Part shown: positions 49,627-54,704 of the stretch, one piece after another
How the letters are laid out: each line of letters starts with the position of its first letter
Position numbering within the stretch: the stretch's first letter is position 1
Source of the DNA: a virus
Taxonomy: Duplodnaviria > Caudoviricetes
IMG/VR virus record: IMGVR_UViG_3300047578_000001
Span: 1 to 54,704 of that record
Length of the DNA stretch: 54,704 bases
Direction: 5' to 3' (one strand)
Program-made: the position numbers and the translations under genes
Notes under the pieces: model-generated
Database searches by the model: none
Seen by the model: the letters and a program-made list of their open reading frames with translations, nothing else
What the model was told of the DNA's origin: nothing

Positions 49627-49787
49627 TTACTCTTCTTTGTCGTTATAACACTCACACCAGGCTGCTAGTCTGAGACAATCCGGGCAATAGAATATTTCTA
49701 TCTTGTCTGGCACTATGAACGCTTACCCTCACAGGTACACGTCTGGGTCGTGCCGCCACAGCCGCCCATGCACACCTCGTACTTCAA
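49627..49787 (-). CDS. Two coupled Cys-rich micro-ORFs (49787-49713; 49713-49627)
   Basis: GGAGG RBS plus TTG: MKYEVCMGGCGGTTQTCTCEGKRS; TAGTG overlap: MPDKIEIFYCPDCLRLAAWCECYNDKEE. Confidence 0.55.
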
Positions 49788-49806
49788 TGTAACCTCCGTT
49801 ATTTGG

Positions 49807-49882
49807 TGGTCGGGAAGACGGGACTTGAACCCGCTTGGGTCGGCTTCACAAACCGATACCTCGTCCACTTCGGTATCTTCCC
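49807..49882 (-). tRNA. tRNA-His(GTG), atypical acceptor end
   Basis: TCGGT-TTGTGAA-GCCGA; T arm; ACCA end. Confidence 0.7.
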
Positions 49883-49957
49883 TGGCTGCTGATTCACGAT
49901 TCGAACATGAAATTGAAGGGTCAGAACCTTCCGTGTTGCCGGTTACACCAATCAGCA
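49883..49957 (-). tRNA. tRNA-Gln(CTG)
   Basis: GAAGG-TTCTGAC-CCTTC; GCCA end. Confidence 0.88.
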
Positions 49958-50025
49958 TTGCCTGTATTCCTCGCACACGGACCCCCGGAATCAAACGTTC
50001 CGGCTGGTAACAGTACCGTGCTGTG

Positions 50026-50101
50026 TGGTCATCCATCCTGGACTTGAACCAGGAACCTTGAGGTTAAGAGCCCCATGCTCTACCACTTGAGCTAATGGAC
50101 G
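50026..50101 (-). tRNA. tRNA-Lys(CTT)
   Basis: TGGGG-CTCTTAA-CCTCA; ACCA end. Confidence 0.88.
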
Positions 50102-50105
50102 CTTG

Positions 50106-50179
50106 CTGGGATACTCGGACTCGAACCGAGAACTGCGACATTAACAGTGTCGTCTTCTGCCAAATTGAAGTACATCCCA
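50106..50179 (-). tRNA. tRNA-Asn(GTT)
   Basis: CGACA-CTGTTAA-TGTCG; G73. Confidence 0.88.
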
Positions 50180-50244
50180 TTACAGGCCACTCGATACATC
50201 ACAGTGAAGCTGCTAGTGCGGCCGTGCGACATCGCTGGACCTAG

Positions 50245-50320
50245 TCGCCCATGAAGGATTTGAACCTCCGCAAACCCAGGTTCGTAGCCTGGTGCTCTCT
50301 CCGGACTGAGCTAATGAGCG
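50245..50320 (-). tRNA. tRNA-Arg(ACG)
   Basis: CCAGG-CTACGAA-CCTGG. Confidence 0.85.
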
Positions 50321-50326
50321 ATTGTA

Positions 50327-50422
50327 CTAACAGTGGCAGGGCATCCCACACTTCTGGCAGTTCGGGTTGCGGGGGCTGTCACACAAACAAATATGGGAAC
50401 CGTCTCGAAAATTCATCCTCAT
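50327..50422 (-). CDS. Cys-rich micro-ORF between tRNA-Leu and tRNA-Arg
   Basis: MRMNFRDGSHICLCDSPRNPNCQKCGMPCHC. Confidence 0.45.
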   Translation of the reverse strand: MRMNFRDGSHICLCDSPRNPNCQKCGMPCHC

Positions 50423-50436
50423 CCAATCGTTGGTTG

Positions 50437-50510
50437 TACCCCTCCGCAGATTCGAACTGCGATCATCTCGGGTCTGAGCCGAGCGCCTCTGCCAATTGGA
50501 CTAGAGGGGC
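50437..50510 (-). tRNA. tRNA-Leu(CAG), short variable arm
   Basis: CTCGG-CTCAGAC-CCGAG; A73. Confidence 0.85.
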
Positions 50511-50583
50511 GTGGTAGGCGCGACTTCCGGGCCACTTTGACGGAAATCCCCTAGCCCTACGTGATTTGGACACGCAGCATTTG

Positions 50584-50652
50584 TACCGCACCGTGGATTT
50601 GCACCACGACAAAAAGGAGCTTATGAGACTCCCTGCGCACTACGCGCACGGT
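50584..50652 (-). tRNA. tRNA with CAT anticodon (Met/Ile2), truncated D arm
   Basis: GGAGT-CTCATAA-GCTCC; T arm CGTGG-TGCAAAT-CCACG; only 69 nt. Confidence 0.6.
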
Positions 50653-50701
50653 TCGCGCCCGTTTTGATTCCCAGACTGGCTCCGAACTGGGTACAGCGGT
50701 C

Positions 50702-50948
50702 TTAGTCGGTGCTCTGTGAGCAAGACAGCATGTGGTTGTCTGGCTCGTTCCCATACTCAGCGCAAAGAGACCCCATTATCGCCTACTGCATGTAGGACTG
50801 TGGTTGTCTCCAACACCACCACAAAATACACACTTCTTGGGCTCGCTCATGCGGGCTCCCTACGCTTTGGGTTGAAGTCACACCATTCTTCGTGGTTTCC
50901 ACCCTTGCCACCGCACTTCATGCAGGTGGTTGGTCGTAAGTCAGTCAT
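50702..50948 (-). CDS. Three coupled C2HC-type micro-ORFs (50948-50847, 50850-50776, 50776-50702)
   Basis: CMKCGG.GGNH...C.FNP; CVFCGG.GDNH...C; CAEYG...DNH...C; ATGA, ATGA and TAATG overlaps. Confidence 0.65.
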
Positions 50949-51535
50949 ACGTTCTTAGCCACAATCTGTTGGGACCATTCGACATCGATGTGGGACACGA
51001 TCTCCCACCCCGATGACTCGATCATCTTGGAGTATCCTTCTCGATCCCAGGCCCACGCGTGGTTCCACTCGTGGTATTCGGCAGTTTCCGAATGCGGGGA
51101 CGAAAAGACTGCGTACTGGATTTCACGCTGCTTCAAGTCCCAGAGGAACTTGTGGGGGTCTTCCAGGTGTTCCAACATCTCGGTACAGACCACAACAGGA
51201 GCCAACTCCAGGGTGTAATCCCCGGTGACGTTCCCGAAGCGCAGGTCCACACCACGAACTTTACACCCGTACTTGATGCTGACACCAATAACGTCGTACC
51301 CGAAGGCTGTGTACTCAGGCCGGATAAGCTCAAGCAACCCGCCATCACACGAGCCGATATCACAGATAGCAACACCACCGAGTTGATCGGATAGTGCCAT
51401 TGCGGTTTCAGCCGCTGAGACCAAGCGAGCTTGGTGCACACGGTTGTCGATGTGATTCACATGGGGCTGATCAACCCACCAGAGTGGGTCTAGCCACTCA
51501 GGCGGACTCAGGGGGTCGAAAAGCCTGGCTTCCAC
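50945..51535 (-). CDS. Class I SAM-dependent methyltransferase
   Basis: CDIGSCDGG; GYD; CTEMLEHLEDP. Confidence 0.85.
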   Translation of the reverse strand: MEARLFDPLSPPEWLDPLWWVDQPHVNHIDNRVHQARLVSAAETAMALSDQLGGVAICDIGSCDGGLLELIRPEYTAFGYDVIGVSIKYGCKVRGVDLRFGNVTGDYTLELAPVVVCTEMLEHLEDPHKFLWDLKQREIQYAVFSSPHSETAEYHEWNHAWAWDREGYSKMIESSGWEIVSHIDVEWSQQIVAKNV

Positions 51536-51591
51536 TACGAATCACCTCGAACGGTAATTCTGGAATGACCCGTCTCTGACGGGGTCATGTC

Positions 51592-52551
51592 TTAGACGGC
51601 CTCTACAAGCAGCGATCCACCCGCAGTAGCCGTATACTGGAGGAACACCGCATACGTGCCCTCAGGGGCCTGGTGACCGCCCATATCGGCAAAACCGGAA
51701 AGCATCGTGCCCTTCGGAACGATATCCACAGGGGTGCGCTTCCACTGGCCGTTTTCCAGCTTCGCGACAAGCCACTGAGCAACACCCAGCTTCATGCCGC
51801 CAGAACCGGCGGTGACGTTCACGTAGACTTCGGTGATCCCACCGTTGCCACCCTGCCAAGGCAGGGTCGTGAGAGACTCATTCAGGACATCAGGAAGCGT
51901 GGCGGGAACTGGAACAGACTGGAACATGGATTCCTTCTCTTCTTCGACAGGAGGTTCTGGCAGCGGGGGTTCAACATCCGGAATGGCAGCAGCCTGCGCC
52001 CGGAAAACGTTCATATCGATCATCAGGCCGGGAGCCCAACCTGGGTCCCACTTACCGTCGTAACCACGACCATTCACCTCACCATGACCACGAACGTATT
52101 CGAGGTTGCCGTCTGCGAACAGATCGGCCACTGCACGCGCAAACTTCTTGGAAGTAGCGTACTGTGCGTCCGTCATGGGCTGGTTGCCTGGATACACGAT
52201 CTCCAGGCCTACGGTGTAGTAGTTCCGGTTGCTGGCATAAGGGCTTAGCGGCCCCTGAGACGGCCCGTAGCCGCCTCCCGCGTGCCAGGTAAGCCCGGAG
52301 GCGATGACAGTCAGAGAGCCGTCAGCATTGCCGCTGAAGTTGCACAGCGCGTTGCCATAGGCCCAGTCCTGTCGACTGTAGACCAGGCCCTCGTAGGCCG
52401 AGCCGTAGTTGGAACCGGTGTGGTGGATGATCGCACCACGGATATCGATCTGGGGAGTGTCTTCGTTACCACGGCCGTACCAACCATCCCACTCTCGGAC
52501 TGTGATACCCCGTGCTCTTAGTTCGTTGACAAGAATCTCAACATCGCTCAT
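51592..52551 (-). CDS. Endolysin, N-acetylmuramoyl-L-alanine amidase (Amidase_2)
   Basis: IIHHTG; WHAG; GLEI; VRGHGE...KWDP. Confidence 0.9.
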   Translation of the reverse strand: MSDVEILVNELRARGITVREWDGWYGRGNEDTPQIDIRGAIIHHTGSNYGSAYEGLVYSRQDWAYGNALCNFSGNADGSLTVIASGLTWHAGGGYGPSQGPLSPYASNRNYYTVGLEIVYPGNQPMTDAQYATSKKFARAVADLFADGNLEYVRGHGEVNGRGYDGKWDPGWAPGLMIDMNVFRAQAAAIPDVEPPLPEPPVEEEKESMFQSVPVPATLPDVLNESLTTLPWQGGNGGITEVYVNVTAGSGGMKLGVAQWLVAKLENGQWKRTPVDIVPKGTMLSGFADMGGHQAPEGTYAVFLQYTATAGGSLLVEAV

Positions 52552-53198
52552 TAGCGCCTGATCGCAATCTCATGTAGGTCTTGGGTTGACACGTCGCCAT
52601 CTGTGTTCCCTGCGGAGTTGCCAGGGATGCCGTTGGGTGCCAGCTTCAGTGAAGCCGTGTATTGATGGATAAACACACGGTCTGTCTTGTACTTCGGGAA
52701 TCCCGGAGTCGCACCCGTGAAGGTACCGTAATCCGCGATCCACAAGTGGGTCTTGGCGTCCATCCACGACTCGCCACCAAGCCAGGTGTCGACAAACGAT
52801 CCGGAGGTGTAGATCAACATTTCTTCAATGCCGGTATACCGCCTGAACGCTTCGATGAATCTCTGACAGAACTCCTTGCCTGGCTTCTGGTCTTCGTAGT
52901 CCAGAGCAGGAGGGAGCATCATGTCACCCTTGAAGGTGACACGCTGGAAATTGGTGGCGAAATGGAGAGCCTGTTTCTCAGGCGAACCCTGATCCACAAA
53001 CGCTCGGTGATAGGTTCCCGGAAGAATGGCATTCTGGTACATGCCCGCATAATTTGATTGCGCGGCAGTGTCAACCTCTGCCAGTCCTCGGGTGACTCGG
53101 GTGATACCAAACTTGATATCAGACGTACTTTTTACTAGTGGCCAATTGATCGTCCCCTGAAGGGACGACACATCAATACCTTTGATTGGATCGTGCAT
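52551..53198 (-). CDS. Endolysin, GH25 muramidase
   Basis: GIDVSS.QG.INW; LDYE; LWIADY; HQYT; AAGGAG RBS before ATG at 53198. Confidence 0.9.
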   Translation of the reverse strand: MHDPIKGIDVSSLQGTINWPLVKSTSDIKFGITRVTRGLAEVDTAAQSNYAGMYQNAILPGTYHRAFVDQGSPEKQALHFATNFQRVTFKGDMMLPPALDYEDQKPGKEFCQRFIEAFRRYTGIEEMLIYTSGSFVDTWLGGESWMDAKTHLWIADYGTFTGATPGFPKYKTDRVFIHQYTASLKLAPNGIPGNSAGNTDGDVSTQDLHEIAIRR

Positions 53199-53275
53199 GT
53201 CTCTCCTTGAATGGAACGCCCCAACCGGGAGTCGGTGGAAAGGAGAGTAAACACCACTCAACCGGTTGGGGAGTC

Positions 53276-53701
53276 TTAGGCTGACTTCTGGGCACGCTCT
53301 CGGAAGTAGGTGGAGATATCCGTGATATCTGCTTCCTTGCCTTCACGTTCAACCTCGATACGAACACGGCGACGATCGCCTTCGGTAATCAGGAGGTTGG
53401 AAAGAGCCGTGTTGATAGCAGCGAACATAACGCTGCTCGGGTTCTTCTGTCGGAGTAGCTTGTTGATGTGGTACATGACGTACCTCGCATACTGCCAATC
53501 CGAAGGCTCGTAATAGCGAGCCTGTGCTGACTCCTTGAGGGAGTAGTAAAAGTCCACAACCATTGGGTGTGGGTCGTCCAGAGCAAGTTCCGGAGCGATA
53601 ACCAGTCCTGCGGCTGCTAGCTTCTCGATCGGAATGACATCGGCATTCCGACGAATCCGATCTTCGCTGCGCTTCGGTACTGGACCGGTGATCTTAGCCA
53701 T
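53276..53701 (-). CDS. terS: Terminase small subunit (L5 gp5-like)
   Basis: GPVPKRSEDRIRRN; YYEPSDWQYA; LLITEGDRRRVRIEVER. Confidence 0.85.
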   Translation of the reverse strand: MAKITGPVPKRSEDRIRRNADVIPIEKLAAAGLVIAPELALDDPHPMVVDFYYSLKESAQARYYEPSDWQYARYVMYHINKLLRQKNPSSVMFAAINTALSNLLITEGDRRRVRIEVEREGKEADITDISTYFRERAQKSA

Positions 53702-53717
53702 CTTCCCCTCCTGGGGG

Positions 53718-54014
53718 TTATCCGGCCTTCCTGAGGCCGGGGTGTTGTTCTCTAGGTCGTTTGGTCAACCTCTTCCTTCGGGTGCGTTCAAAAACTCCTT
53801 CTCTGGAGGATTTGATGCTATGGCAGGAGCTGCAAGCTCCTTGGAGGTTGTTGAGATTATGGTCATCTCCTGGAATTATGTGATCCACGTCGGTTGCCCT
53901 CACGGTGCAACCTCTGTATCGGAGTTGACATGTATTTCCATCCCTTGCCAGGATGGTCCGCCTCAAAGCGGACCAGTTTGGAGGGAGTTGTCTGGTTGAA
54001 GTTTCCCATCCCAT
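53718..54014 (-). CDS. HNH endonuclease (packaging-associated)
   Basis: RDGNTCQ..C...ATDVDHI...NLQGACSSCH..K. Confidence 0.9.
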   Translation of the reverse strand: MGWETSTRQLPPNWSALRRTILARDGNTCQLRYRGCTVRATDVDHIIPGDDHNLNNLQGACSSCHSIKSSREGVFERTRRKRLTKRPREQHPGLRKAG

Positions 54015-54328
54015 AGTTGCCTCCTTCGGAGGTCCCCTTGGATTTTGACAGGAGTAGGAGACGAACTTGTTCGGATTCTACCCTTTAGGGGCTCTTGGTA
54101 TCCGTTCCGATCTGCTCCCGCAGATCGGTCAACCCCAACTTATGGAGTTGTTATAGCTACTAGGCCCTCCTTAGAGGGCCTTTAACCAGGTGTTGGTTGT
54201 TGTAACCTAAGGACGGAACTAACCATCCCTGTGTTCGTTACCCCAGGTAGCATAATACCTGGTGGACTTAACCACCAAGCAAGTCGAATCCCAGTCAACT
54301 CTTCACAGGTCCAACCAACAGGGCCTTC

Positions 54329-54482
54329 GGGTACAACCGAACGGTTTTAGAGAGGTTGTACCCTATGGGACCTCCTCCGTTTACCCGGAGGTCCCTGAAA
54401 TTTATGAAATTATTTGGACCAACCAGCGAAGCCCTTTAGGGGCTTCGTGAAGGCACAACCGAACGATGAGAGAGGTTGTGCC
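54329..54482. repeat. Duplicated covarying hairpin (54329-54363, 54452-54482)
   Basis: GGTACAACC-GAACG..AGAGA-GGTTGTACC versus GGCACAACC-GAACG..AGAGA-GGTTGTGCC. Confidence 0.7.
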
Positions 54483-54546
54483 CCTCCTTTAATGGTTCCC
54501 CAGGGTCAAAACCCCTGGTGGTTGGGTTTTTGAGGTCTATAACCTC

Positions 54547-54576
54547 TATATAGGTGCCGCAGACGCGTGTTGTCAA
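54547..54576 (-). promoter_or_regulatory. Possible promoter for the late arm
   Basis: TTGACA-18 nt-TATATA on the - strand; -10 imperfect. Confidence 0.4.
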
Positions 54577-54704
54577 CAAAGTGTGATGGGGCTCACATGA
54601 TGTCATAGTGTGACATGATATAGTTGCAGCTTCAACTACCTGGGGTTTTATCGGCTGACCTGGGGTTTTGTCATCAGCAACCCGTACCTGGTCGGAGTGA
54701 CGCT

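Larger units (their letters stand above)
1..54704. mobile_element. Near-complete actinobacteriophage genome (siphovirus, L5/cluster A-like synteny, apparently lytic)
   Basis: Full set of packaging, head, tail, lysis and replication genes; non-coding ends; two converging arms; Lsr2 indicates an actinobacterial host; no integrase or repressor recognised. Confidence 0.93.

Noticed and set aside
49421-50652. Suppressor tRNA or stop-codon recoding
   Set aside because: No CTA, TTA or TCA anticodon was found, and all major genes are intact in the standard code

Overview
This window appears to be an essentially complete ~54.7 kb tailed (siphovirus-type) actinobacteriophage genome. Its architecture resembles L5/cluster A phages, shown in reverse orientation. 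The + strand arm (~1.1-31.4 kb) carries early and replication genes: Lsr2-like protein, Cas4/RecB-family exonuclease, SLOG protein, nucleotidyltransferase-like protein, two RNA ligases, polynucleotide kinase/phosphatase, DnaB-like helicase, EndoVII, split primase, family A DNA polymerase and a glycosyltransferase. The - strand arm (54.0-31.5 kb) carries HNH, small terminase, two endolysins, a methyltransferase, a 9-tRNA array, large terminase, portal, capsid, tail genes and holin. The two arms converge on a bidirectional terminator. I saw no integrase, repressor or LysB, which suggests a lytic phage of a non-mycolate actinomycete (inference). Main points of interest: (1) an Acb2-like cyclic-nucleotide sponge and a glycosyltransferase inside the head operon; (2) a T7-like early region with three tandem SigA promoters, a multibranched leader RNA and about ten long intergenic hairpins, most of them spanning stop codon to RBS; (3) three genes that seem to need a non-canonical ATC start; (4) Cys/His zinc-finger microproteins interleaved with the tRNA array; (5) a nucleotidyltransferase with four paralogs next to the RNA-repair genes; (6) a chain of five highly acidic micro-ORFs. 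All family calls come from motif recognition by eye; no database searches were run.
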